From: Candidatus Doudnabacteria bacterium RIFCSPHIGHO2_02_FULL_42_25
GTDB taxonomy: Bacteria > Patescibacteriota > Doudnabacteria > UBA920 > O2-02-FULL-48-8
Length of the DNA: 64,000 bases
Assembly (NCBI GenBank): GCA_001777665.1
Contig: MFEQ01000006.1
Coordinates: 278,300 to 342,299 of the forward strand
Direction of reading: 5' to 3'
Part shown: positions 37,860-46,972 of the stretch, piece after piece
Layout of the letters: every line of letters begins with the position of its first letter
Numbering within the stretch: position 1 is the first letter of the stretch
Notes under the pieces: generated by a model
What the model saw: the letters and a program-made list of their open reading frames with translations, nothing else
What the model was told of the DNA's origin: nothing
Databases searched by the model: none
Position numbers and translations under genes: made by a program

Positions 37860-38942
37860 TTATGGAACTTGTACTTCTTCTAGTACGTTAGTAATTGTAC
37901 ACGTTACTGCTCCACTACTGGCCAAAGGAAGGTTATCACAGTCTGCATTACCGTTTACGCTGTTACTATAAGTCGTAGTATAACCCGCTTCGGCATCTTC
38001 CACTACGCTGTAGCTACCTGCTGGAAGACTGATGTCATTGCTACCATCACCCTCAAAAGCTACGGATACACCACCGTTAACAGTAAAACTGAAATCGGCG
38101 AAATTCTGACCTGCCACAACTTTCGTCACAGTCAACGTTCCTGGTGGAGGTGGAGTTTCGCTTACACCATTAACTTCTATCCAGAGATTACAACCAAAAA
38201 CTTTATGCTCATCAGCTGGATCAAGAACAAAATCAGCAGCAACCGCTCCCTGGTTATGTCTAGCGACGAAGTCTTCCCAATCTTGGGCTGAAAACCCTAA
38301 AAAAGTTGGTACAGCTAAGTCAATAATCCAATCATCAACCACATCTCCACCAATCTTTGTGAGATGGCCATTTGTATCATTCCAAGTGACGACACCATTA
38401 GCGAATGTCCAAGGTGTATGGAAGGATGGAAGACTTTCATCATTTTGTGGGACATTCCCATCTGGATCGCTTCCATCTTTGGAAATATATTCACAAAGTG
38501 AAGGAAGCAGACCCCAGGTTTCGTCTCCGACTAACACACGTGGTTCTGGACCACAATCAATAATGAAGTCATCTGGATCATCAGTTTGTAGATTCGGCAA
38601 GATGTGTCCAGTGCCAGTTGGGCCAACGAGTACAGTTCCACCATTAGTTGTCACACCGCACTTTGGCTTTTGGCGAATGAAGTATGATACATCATCTACC
38701 CTATCCTCATCTAGAAACGATTGCGAGAGAGAGACTGCAAGTGGTTTCTCCAGATGTTCTTGTGGGAACACTGTTCCAAAGTCGATGGCATCAACTGGAA
38801 CATTCAATGCATTCTCGATTCGGGCTGTCACATTGATGATGTGTGCTTCGAAAGCTGAAAACGCTGCAGCGCCGGCGATGACAATGGCGAGAGTGCCTAC
38901 TGCCAAGCCTGACTTCTTCAGCGCTTGTTTTAATTTAATCAT
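37860..38942 (-). CDS. SipW-type substrate (TasA-like candidate) with C-terminal prealbumin-like domain
   Basis: FSAFEAHIINVTARIEN, FGTVFPQE, RVDDV.Y.I.QKPK, FG..LWIEV.G.S; GTLTVTK...CTITN. Confidence 0.85.
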   Translation of the reverse strand: MIKLKQALKKSGLAVGTLAIVIAGAAAFSAFEAHIINVTARIENALNVPVDAIDFGTVFPQEHLEKPLAVSLSQSFLDEDRVDDVSYFIRQKPKCGVTTNGGTVLVGPTGTGHILPNLQTDDPDDFIIDCGPEPRVLVGDETWGLLPSLCEYISKDGSDPDGNVPQNDESLPSFHTPWTFANGVVTWNDTNGHLTKIGGDVVDDWIIDLAVPTFLGFSAQDWEDFVARHNQGAVAADFVLDPADEHKVFGCNLWIEVNGVSETPPPPGTLTVTKVVAGQNFADFSFTVNGGVSVAFEGDGSNDISLPAGSYSVVEDAEAGYTTTYSNSVNGNADCDNLPLASSGAVTCTITNVLEEVQVP

Positions 38943-39004
38943 TTACTTTTCCTTTTTTACCCCGTCAAATTTGGCTGGGTAAATTAATTTTTTTACTCTT
39001 TTTT

Positions 39005-39105
39005 CCTGCTTAAACCTCCAAATATTTTTCTAGATGGGGCGATTTTACGCCCCCAGATTGGAGCTAGAAACTAGTTCCGGCCCCATTTAGGGGGCCTAAC
39101 GCAGG
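39005..39105 (-). promoter_or_regulatory. Multi-stem structured leader of the SipW operon
   Basis: CCTGCGTTA/TAAGCAGG encloses GGCCCC/GGGGCC and CTCCAA..GGGGCG/CGCCCC..TTGGAG. Confidence 0.45.
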
Positions 39106-39493
39106 AGTTTTTGACACTCAACTACTCTTATAGAGTTCGACTTTTAATTAAGTGTAAATAAAAAATCCCAAAACAAATAAAAAATTGCTTAGGATTTTAC
39201 ATTTTTAAATTGGATGTTTTTTACGAAGCGATAAAAAAGCATATTTTAGACAAACAAAAAGTCATCTACTTAAATTAGATTTCTCCTTTAGTAACTAGTG
39301 ACTTTTGTCTTGGAGTTGAATTATATCAGTTGAATTGTTCAAGGCAATTAAATTTATTTGGCCATAAATATCATACAAATTTCAAGCAATTTTAGTTGCA
39401 TCTGATTGAGCTGTTTATAAGTTGTGATAAACAGTTTATAACGTGCGCATAAATAAAAAGACCCGCTCGAGCAGGTCTTTAAGAATCTTTTTT

Positions 39494-40435
39494 CTATCGA
39501 ACTGGTGCGGTTTTTGGAGTGACTGGATAGAGTTGTGGATCAATCGTGCGATCGAAACAAACACGCCCTGCAGTATGACTCCAGTTGAAATTGGTGCCGT
39601 ATGGATCGTAATAAGGTTGTGGGACTGACTTCCCTCGACTGTCGTCTTCTGAGGCGAGATTGAATGTCGCACAGAGATCAAAATTCAAAGCACCTTTGAT
39701 ATGATATTCGTAAGCTGCGTTTGTTTCAGGATCCGCAGGGGGGACAAATCCGGAAATTGAATCTTTCAAATTATCGAGAGAAGCAGGAAGTATGCCTTTC
39801 AACTGATAGTGACTAATGATTTGAGATTGGAGTTCTTGTAGATTCATGACGCGTCGTTCATCAAACCCTCTCTTGCGTTGTGTAGCTGGACTACCGGCTG
39901 CAACAAATCCACCGATGATCGCAGCCAGGACCACGACCGACATAATCCAGGCAAATTCTTTGCTGTGTTCTGTTTTGCCATGCAATGCTCGGAGGTAATA
40001 AAAGAAAATCGCCGCTGAAACTGCCAAAACGACTAAAACTTTCAGGACGAATCGAGCAGTCAGTTCTCCGCCAAAAAAACTGTTGAACAGAGTGGCCACA
40101 TCCACGATCGCCACGATCGCAGAAATAAACAGGGTCAGATAGCCGAGCCATTTGCGGATTTTGAGTTCGCTGTGTCCTGGTTCTTTGACTATGTCTTTGT
40201 GGATCAACCACATCAGGAATATATATACTGGGAAGCTGACGAACAAAATCGAAGCTGACCAGCGAATAGATTCGTTCAAACCATAACTGTACGAAAGCTG
40301 ATCCGGTAGCCAAGCATTTACTAACTGAAATACGAGCACAATAAAGCTTACCGCACTCATATATAGAGTGACGATCGCTAGAAGATGATAGAACACATCT
40401 TTCGGCGTCGTGGCTGAAGTATTATTTGATGCCAT
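39494..40435 (-). CDS. DUF5671-like membrane protein fused to an exported LCATF domain
   Basis: KDVFYHL, FPVY, IRKWL.YLTLF, GELT.RF; GSP..D.RR, LP..L, DPET...YEY, LCATF. Confidence 0.8.
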   Translation of the reverse strand: MASNNTSATTPKDVFYHLLAIVTLYMSAVSFIVLVFQLVNAWLPDQLSYSYGLNESIRWSASILFVSFPVYIFLMWLIHKDIVKEPGHSELKIRKWLGYLTLFISAIVAIVDVATLFNSFFGGELTARFVLKVLVVLAVSAAIFFYYLRALHGKTEHSKEFAWIMSVVVLAAIIGGFVAAGSPATQRKRGFDERRVMNLQELQSQIISHYQLKGILPASLDNLKDSISGFVPPADPETNAAYEYHIKGALNFDLCATFNLASEDDSRGKSVPQPYYDPYGTNFNWSHTAGRVCFDRTIDPQLYPVTPKTAPVR

Positions 40436-40479
40436 AAATTTTGGTTAATTCGTTACTTTTAGTATACCAGAAAACCAAC

Positions 40480-43365
40480 TTAGACTCGAACCGGTTTCAG
40501 GGCTTTGGCCAAGTATTGGCCGGTGTAACTTTTTTTGACTTTCGCGACGTCTTCTGGGGTGCCAACTGCCACGACCTGTCCGCCCTTATTCCCACCTTCA
40601 GGACCGAGATCAATAACCCAGTCCGCCGATTTGATGACATCGAGGTTGTGTTCAATGACTAGAACTGTGTTCCCTTTCTCGACTAAACGATTGAGTACGC
40701 CGAGTAAGCGCTTGACGTCATCAAAGTGCAACCCAGTCGTTGGTTCATCTAAAATGTATAGTGTGCGGCCAGTGGAAGCTCTGGATAATTCAGAAGAGAG
40801 TTTGATACGTTGCGCTTCTCCGCCAGAGAGTGTGGTAGCTTGCTGACCCAAATGCATGTAACCGAGACCGACTAAAGATAGCGTTTCTAATTTACGAGCA
40901 ATTAATGGCACGTTGCGGAAAAAAACATGTGCTTCATCCACTGTCATTTCCAGGACATCAGAAATATTTTTACCTTTGTAGTGGATGTCGAGAGCTTCTT
41001 TATTATAGCGTTTACCTTTACACTCTTCACAAGCGACATAGACATCTGGCAAGAAATGCATTTCGATTTTGATTACCCCATCGCCGCCACAGACTTCACA
41101 ACGGCCACCTTTAACATTGAAACTAAATCGGCCGGCTTTGTAACCACGCATGCGAGCTTCCGGTACAGATGCAAACAGATCGCGAATATAGGTGAAGACG
41201 CCGGTATAAGTCGCTGGGTTGGAGCGTGGTGTCCGGCCAATCGGTGACTGGTCAATATTAATAACTTTGTCGATGTTGTCGATGCCGAGGATTTTTTTAT
41301 GTTCACCTGGTGATTCTTTGGCATTGTAGAAATAAGCAGAAAGGGATTTGGCTAAAATCTCATTGAGCAATGTTGATTTGCCACTGCCCGAAACTCCAGT
41401 CAGACAAACAAATTTACCCAAAGGGATTTCGACATCAATGTTTTTAAGGTTGTGTTCAGTCGCACCTACAACTTTGATAGTTTTACCATTCCCTTTCTTG
41501 CGTGCCATAGGTACCGAGACTGATTCAGCACCAGACATGTACTTGCCAGTGAGAGAATTTTTATCTTTGGCTACTGTATTAGGTGTGCCTTCAGCAACTA
41601 ACTGCCCGCCGTGTTTGCCAGCACCAGGCCCGATATCTACGACCCAGTCCGAGGCCCAGATGGTTTCTTCGTCGTGTTCAACCACGATGACAGTGTTTCC
41701 GAGATCGCGCAAATTTTTCAAAGTTCGAAGTAATCGATCGTTATCGCGTTGGTGAAGCCCGATCGATGGTTCGTCTAAGATATAGAGCACGCCGGTCAAT
41801 CCTGAACCGATTTGGGTGGCCAGACGAATGCGCTGGGCTTCTCCGCCAGAGAGTGTATCCGCAGATCGATCGAGAGTCAGATAATTCAAACCGACATCTT
41901 GTAAAAATTTCAAACGAGAAACAATTTCTTTGAAGATCTGATGGGCGATTTTCATGTCTTTCTCGGACATTTTCTTCGGCAGGGATTCTGTAAACTCAAT
42001 CGCTTCGTCAATTGAGAAGTTGGAAACATCGACAATCGATTTCGCATCGATAGTGACTGCCAAAAATTCTGGTTTCAATCTCTTCCCTTTACAGGTCGGA
42101 CATTTCTGCACCCGCATATACTGTTCAATCTCACCACGCATATAGTCTGATTCGGTTTCTTTGTATTTGCGCATTAAATTATGGACCACACCCTCAAACG
42201 GACCGAAGTGGCCATAACCAGATTCATCCTGAAATGAAATTTTCGTGTCTCCAGTACCGTACAAAACTGCATCCAGTGCTTTCTTCGGTAAATCTCGAAC
42301 TGGAACGTGGATAGAAAACCCGTAAACTTTCGAAACTGCTTCGAGAACTCGGGAATACCAAGACATTCTGGAGGTAGTTTTGCTCCATGGTCGGATCGCA
42401 CCTTCGGCGAGAGTCAATCTTTTATTTGGGATGACTAATTCAGCCTCGATTTCCAGTCTAGTGCCAAGTCCGGTACAATCCGGACATGCGCCGTGTGGAG
42501 AGTTAAAAGAGAAGTTCCTTGGGTTCAATTCAGGTAGATTAGTATGGCCCTCCGGACAGGCAAAATTAGATGAGAGCAGTATCTCTCCCGCCTGCCACGC
42601 CTCTATCTCTTGCTTTGACCGAGGCATGGCGGGCAGGTCTTTCTCATCTTTGGCAATTATCACGGAATCGTTCCCCAAATCCAGTGCTGTTTCGAGAGAA
42701 TCAGCAATTCTGGCTCGATCTCCTGAATCCAAAGATATCCGATCCACCACAATATCTATAGTGTGTTTTTTCTTTTTGTCGACATTGAGCTGCAACGCCT
42801 CGGACAAATCCATAATCGTGCCGTCAAATCGGATTCGCTGGTAGCCGGATTTTTTGGCTTCTTCCAGTAAATGTTTGTGCTCGCCTTTTTGGTCACGAAC
42901 CAGTGGCGCCATGATCACGATCTTGGTGGATTCTGGCCAACTGACGATCTGGTCTACCATTTGAGTGACACTTTGTCCGGTAATTTTTTTACCACAAACC
43001 GGACAGTGCGGAGTGCCGACACGAGCGTAGAGTAATCTCAAATAATCATAAATTTCGGTAACAGTTCCGACAGTCGAGCGCGGATTGTGTGATGCAGATT
43101 TCTGGTCGATAGAAATCGCTGGTGAGAGTCCTTCTATCTTGTCGACATCAGGTTTATCCATAAGTCCTAAAAATTGTCTGGCGTAAGCCGAGAGGGATTC
43201 AACATAGCGTCGCTGACCTTCCGCGTATATGGTATCGAATGCCAAAGAGGATTTGCCGCTACCTGAAAGACCCGTGATGACCACGAGTTTGTTTCTGGGG
43301 ATATCGACATTGATGTTTTTTAAGTTATGGACCCGAGCTCCCCTTATTACTATCTTATCTGACAT
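40480..43365 (-). CDS. uvrA: Excinuclease ABC subunit A
   Basis: GARVHNLKN, two ABC cassettes ([24 protein letters not shown]), zinc fingers. Confidence 0.99.
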   Translation of the reverse strand: MSDKIVIRGARVHNLKNINVDIPRNKLVVITGLSGSGKSSLAFDTIYAEGQRRYVESLSAYARQFLGLMDKPDVDKIEGLSPAISIDQKSASHNPRSTVGTVTEIYDYLRLLYARVGTPHCPVCGKKITGQSVTQMVDQIVSWPESTKIVIMAPLVRDQKGEHKHLLEEAKKSGYQRIRFDGTIMDLSEALQLNVDKKKKHTIDIVVDRISLDSGDRARIADSLETALDLGNDSVIIAKDEKDLPAMPRSKQEIEAWQAGEILLSSNFACPEGHTNLPELNPRNFSFNSPHGACPDCTGLGTRLEIEAELVIPNKRLTLAEGAIRPWSKTTSRMSWYSRVLEAVSKVYGFSIHVPVRDLPKKALDAVLYGTGDTKISFQDESGYGHFGPFEGVVHNLMRKYKETESDYMRGEIEQYMRVQKCPTCKGKRLKPEFLAVTIDAKSIVDVSNFSIDEAIEFTESLPKKMSEKDMKIAHQIFKEIVSRLKFLQDVGLNYLTLDRSADTLSGGEAQRIRLATQIGSGLTGVLYILDEPSIGLHQRDNDRLLRTLKNLRDLGNTVIVVEHDEETIWASDWVVDIGPGAGKHGGQLVAEGTPNTVAKDKNSLTGKYMSGAESVSVPMARKKGNGKTIKVVGATEHNLKNIDVEIPLGKFVCLTGVSGSGKSTLLNEILAKSLSAYFYNAKESPGEHKKILGIDNIDKVINIDQSPIGRTPRSNPATYTGVFTYIRDLFASVPEARMRGYKAGRFSFNVKGGRCEVCGGDGVIKIEMHFLPDVYVACEECKGKRYNKEALDIHYKGKNISDVLEMTVDEAHVFFRNVPLIARKLETLSLVGLGYMHLGQQATTLSGGEAQRIKLSSELSRASTGRTLYILDEPTTGLHFDDVKRLLGVLNRLVEKGNTVLVIEHNLDVIKSADWVIDLGPEGGNKGGQVVAVGTPEDVAKVKKSYTGQYLAKALKPVRV
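42587..42637 (-). repeat. Family-A 51-nt in-frame element in uvrA
   Basis: Same 16-nt arms with spacer CGGTCAAAGCAAGAGATAG; excision gives DEKEEILLS. Confidence 0.92.
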
Positions 43366-43542
43366 TGCGTATTCTCCCATCCCGGACTACGATCCGGGAT
43401 CCACTTCTATAAATTAATACAGACTGGTTTCTTATAGTCACTCTGAACTTCTAAAAACGCTGACGACGATACAACCCTCTATTTTTGGGGGCCTTAAATT
43501 AGCCAAAATAGCCTAACATAAAAAAACCGCCCTGGCAAGAGC

Positions 43543-43905
43543 CTAGAGGGCAGAAGATGTTTTTTGCTTTGCGACCGTCTTGAGCAGTTGCCGGCGCATA
43601 TACCAGGATCCAGCCATAATCGCGACCGTCAGCCGATAAAACAGATCGTCGTGAGTTAACACGACAGCTGCTGCATACCAGTAATGGTTCACGCGTAGGA
43701 TCGCTGCTACAACCTCCAGTAGTCTCTCAAAGACGGTAACTACACCGAACATGAAAAAAAGTGTCCTGGCCAGATTAGTTTTCGCCTTTCGCACTGCCCA
43801 AAACGGGAGCACGATTAACGCGACGTCATTCACTAAAAACTGCATCATTCCGTCGAGTGCTGGATCACTCATGGATCGAGATTGCGCAATTACCACTAAC
43901 AGCAT
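43543..43905 (-). CDS. Hypothetical membrane protein
   Basis: GAGGAGG RBS, hydrophobic helices. Confidence 0.6.
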   Translation of the reverse strand: MLLVVIAQSRSMSDPALDGMMQFLVNDVALIVLPFWAVRKAKTNLARTLFFMFGVVTVFERLLEVVAAILRVNHYWYAAAVVLTHDDLFYRLTVAIMAGSWYMRRQLLKTVAKQKTSSAL

Positions 43906-43914
43906 GTCCCCTCC

Positions 43915-44337
43915 TCAGGTGTGTTGTCTATCTGCCGGATAAACCGGAGGTATCGGCAAGCCGGACAAAGAACGAGCGATCAGCATGACCAGACAAATCA
44001 GATCCAACCAGTAACCGGCGTAAGGCCACATCCCGGTGAAATCCTCCGGGAAAAATCTGCTGGCCTGATAGGGCACCACTGGAAAAATCAGAAGCACTAA
44101 AGCACCTAATGCTGCCCAGCTCGCACGATAGGCGCCGCGACGATCCCTGTATCTGGTTCGTTCCATCCAATCGTGAGTTGCGGCGAGCAAGATGGCCGTC
44201 AAAGCGCCAGCCATCAAGGATACTGGAACAAAAATGAACCAGCGATGACTGACACCGGCAATTGCCGCGTACCCATGTCCGAGCAAGAGCGAGCCTGTTA
44301 CAAAAATCACGGCGAGGTAAAGTATTCCAATTTCCAT
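43915..44337 (-). CDS. Hypothetical membrane protein
   Basis: AGGAGG RBS, four TM helices. Confidence 0.65.
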   Translation of the reverse strand: MEIGILYLAVIFVTGSLLLGHGYAAIAGVSHRWFIFVPVSLMAGALTAILLAATHDWMERTRYRDRRGAYRASWAALGALVLLIFPVVPYQASRFFPEDFTGMWPYAGYWLDLICLVMLIARSLSGLPIPPVYPADRQHT

Positions 44338-44457
44338 CTTTTCCTCCTTCGGAAGACATTCGAAAGTGAATTCAGTATAGTACTTTCACTAAATGTTTAA
44401 AAGATATAAAAAAAACCGCCGGCGCAAGGGTTACTTGTCAGACGGGGTGCAGGGTCT

Positions 44458-44775
44458 TTACTCGAGTGGCTCCAGTTGAGACCATGACTCAAATAGCTTT
44501 TGTTGCTTCCAGGTCAGATCGATGACTTCAGCGGCGCGGAACTGCCTGAACATTCCTGGATTAAAACTTCTTCGCCGGGGCTCTGGACCGAAGCTACGCA
44601 AGGCTCTCCGCCTACTACTCCTTTCCGGAGAAGGAAGTTCTTGCCACAGTCGGCCGAGGCCTTCTCGAGTATTCCTGGCAGCATCAAATTCAGCAAACGC
44701 AATATTTGCTTGAATCAGAACCCGCCCAAGGGGATCTCGACCACCCAGAATCAGACGCATTTTCCTGTCAGCCAT
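44458..44775 (-). CDS. Hypothetical Arg-rich protein
   Basis: AAGGAGG RBS before ATG 44775. Confidence 0.5.
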   Translation of the reverse strand: MADRKMRLILGGRDPLGRVLIQANIAFAEFDAARNTREGLGRLWQELPSPERSSRRRALRSFGPEPRRRSFNPGMFRQFRAAEVIDLTWKQQKLFESWSQLEPLE

Positions 44776-44820
44776 GAGACCTCCTTTGGCTGTATTCTTA
44801 TATCAAAGTATAATACTTTC

Positions 44821-46641
44821 ATGTCGAAACAGCTAGAACAAAAGATTAAAGACCTCCCCCAGAAACCCGGTGTCTATGTATTCAAAGATGCCAAAGGGTT
44901 GGTTTTGTACGTCGGGAAAGCGATCAAACTCAAAAACCGAGTTAGTTCTTATTTCAAACGGGACGGTGATGATGGTCGCGGACCTCGGATCCAACAAATG
45001 ATTTCTCTAATTCGTGACCTCAACTACACGGTCACAGATAATGAAACTGAAAGTTTGATCCTGGAGAAAAATTTCATTTCACAACTCAAACCCAAATACA
45101 ACGTTGATCTCCGTGATGACAAAAATTATTTATTTATTAAAATAAATATCAAAGATGAAATCCCGACGATTGGCTATGAACGAAAACTGATGGATCGAAG
45201 TAGCCGTTATTTCGGTCCTTATACTTCAGGACTTGCCATCAAAGACACACTTCGGATGCTCCGAAATATTTTTCCTTACTGTTCCAACAAAAAAATCGGT
45301 AATAAACCTTGCTTCTTTTATCACATCGGTAAATGTCCGGGTGTTTGCTTTGGCAAAATAAGTACCCAAGAATACCGCGACAATTACATCAAAAAAATTA
45401 TCCAATTTCTGGAAGGCCGCCAATCTCAAGTTCTGAAAGATTTACAAAAACAGATGCGATCTTTTGCGTCCCATAAACAATTTGAAAAAGCAGCGAAGGT
45501 TCGCAACCAAATTTTTGCCCTGAACCGAGTGCTCGAACGACAAAAATTGGTTTACCCGAAAAAACTCGACCAAGATGTGTTCTCTGTTTATACAGACCTG
45601 CCCGCCATGCCTCGGGTAAAGCAATCCGACAAGGCGTGGCAGGCGGGTGGTGTCGCATCCATCAATTTATTCATGATCCGAGAAGGAAAACTCATCCAAA
45701 AAGAAAACTTCATCATGGAAAATACGAAACAAGTCCCGGTTGATGAAATTTTGCAAAGTTTTCTCGAAAGATATTATCTAGAGGCTTCAAGCATACCCAA
45801 AGAAGTATTACTTCCAGCCCAAATTATCCCTGATGAACTATATCCGGTATTTATCGGTCGTCGATTTCCCAAATTTACAGTACCAGTCCAGGGTCAAAGA
45901 CTACAGCTTCTGAAATTAGGCCAAGAAAATGCCAAACAATATCTGGAAAGCACCACAGATAAACATTTGTTAGAAGAAGCTCGATTGCTCGCCTCGCTCA
46001 AAGAATTGCAACGAGTTTTGGATCTACCGAATTTGCCAGGTCGCATCGAAGCGTACGACATTTCGAATATCCAAGGCACCAACCCTGTCGGCTCGATGGT
46101 TGTGTTTGACTTCGCCCGACCGAAAAAATCTGATTATCGTAAATTTAAAATTAATAAAAAACAAACTCCTGATGACTTCGCTATGATGCGCGAAATGCTC
46201 GAACGACGATTTCGCAACGATTGGCCTCTTCCCGATCTGATCCTGATCGATGGCGGGAAGGGTCAATTGAATGCAGCCCTTTCAGTGCTTCAGGTTTCAG
46301 GTTCCAGGTTTCAGGTCATTGGCCTCGCCAAACGCTTAGAAGAAATTTTTACTCCCCTTAATACTTCCCCCTTGATACTTCCTACTAACTCCCAAGCACT
46401 TTATCTCTTACAACGCATCCGCGATGAAGCTCATCGCTTCGGCGTGAAATACCATAGACATTTGCGATCGAAGGGATCTCTCTCTTCTGTGCTCGATCAA
46501 ATCTCCGGCATCGGTCCGGCCAAGAAAAAAACATTGCTCCAAAAATTTGGCTCTGCTGCCAAAGTTCGTTCTGCTAGTCTTACAGAACTTGCCGCGATCG
46601 TTGGGTCTAAAACCGCCGAGAAGATCAAGGCATCTCTTTGA
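44821..46641 (+). CDS. uvrC: Excinuclease ABC subunit C
   Basis: PGVY..YVGKA..L..RV.SYF, RIEAYDIS, IDGGKGQ, RDEAHRF, HhH; start at ATG 44821. Confidence 0.98.
   Translation: MSKQLEQKIKDLPQKPGVYVFKDAKGLVLYVGKAIKLKNRVSSYFKRDGDDGRGPRIQQMISLIRDLNYTVTDNETESLILEKNFISQLKPKYNVDLRDDKNYLFIKINIKDEIPTIGYERKLMDRSSRYFGPYTSGLAIKDTLRMLRNIFPYCSNKKIGNKPCFFYHIGKCPGVCFGKISTQEYRDNYIKKIIQFLEGRQSQVLKDLQKQMRSFASHKQFEKAAKVRNQIFALNRVLERQKLVYPKKLDQDVFSVYTDLPAMPRVKQSDKAWQAGGVASINLFMIREGKLIQKENFIMENTKQVPVDEILQSFLERYYLEASSIPKEVLLPAQIIPDELYPVFIGRRFPKFTVPVQGQRLQLLKLGQENAKQYLESTTDKHLLEEARLLASLKELQRVLDLPNLPGRIEAYDISNIQGTNPVGSMVVFDFARPKKSDYRKFKINKKQTPDDFAMMREMLERRFRNDWPLPDLILIDGGKGQLNAALSVLQVSGSRFQVIGLAKRLEEIFTPLNTSPLILPTNSQALYLLQRIRDEAHRFGVKYHRHLRSKGSLSSVLDQISGIGPAKKKTLLQKFGSAAKVRSASLTELAAIVGSKTAEKIKASL
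45597..45647 (+). repeat. Family-A 51-nt in-frame element in uvrC
   Basis: Same arms with spacer CGGGTAAAGCAATCCGACA; excision gives VYTDGVASI. Confidence 0.92.
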
Positions 46642-46702
46642 TTGTTATCTGTTATCTGGTAACTGTTGACTGATTTCTCCTTTTCTGGCAAAATAGCTAA
46701 GT

Positions 46703-46728
46703 CCCGCCTGCGCTAAAGCTTCGGCGGG
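46703..46728 (-). repeat. Family-D hairpin, intergenic
   Basis: Reverse complement CCCGCCGAAGCTTTAGCGCAGGCGGG resembles the ssb copy. Confidence 0.75.
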
Positions 46729-46741
46729 CAAGCATAAATAT

Positions 46742-46969
46742 ATGCAGATTACACAAAATACTTTAATTTTTGCCCTGATAGTCATCGATGTTTTGATTAT
46801 CATTACCATCCTTATGCAACAGCGCGAGGGCGGACTTTCCACTGTATTTGGCGGCGAAGGACAAGTTTATCGTTCCAAACGAGGTTTAGCTCGTGGACTA
46901 CATTACTTTACTATTTTACTCGCTGTCATATTCGTCGGCCTCTCGGTCGCCGTGCTCTTCGTCAAATAA
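46742..46969 (+). CDS. secG: Preprotein translocase SecG
   Basis: ILMQ...GGLS..FGG, two TM helices, 75 aa. Confidence 0.9.
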   Translation: MQITQNTLIFALIVIDVLIIITILMQQREGGLSTVFGGEGQVYRSKRGLARGLHYFTILLAVIFVGLSVAVLFVK

Positions 46970-46972
46970 CGA

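Noticed and set aside
44500-44820. N-terminal extensions of UvrC (likewise TrpS, YchF, Dus, LepB)
   Set aside because: These are longest-ORF artefacts; homology begins at downstream ATGs, several preceded by -10 boxes.
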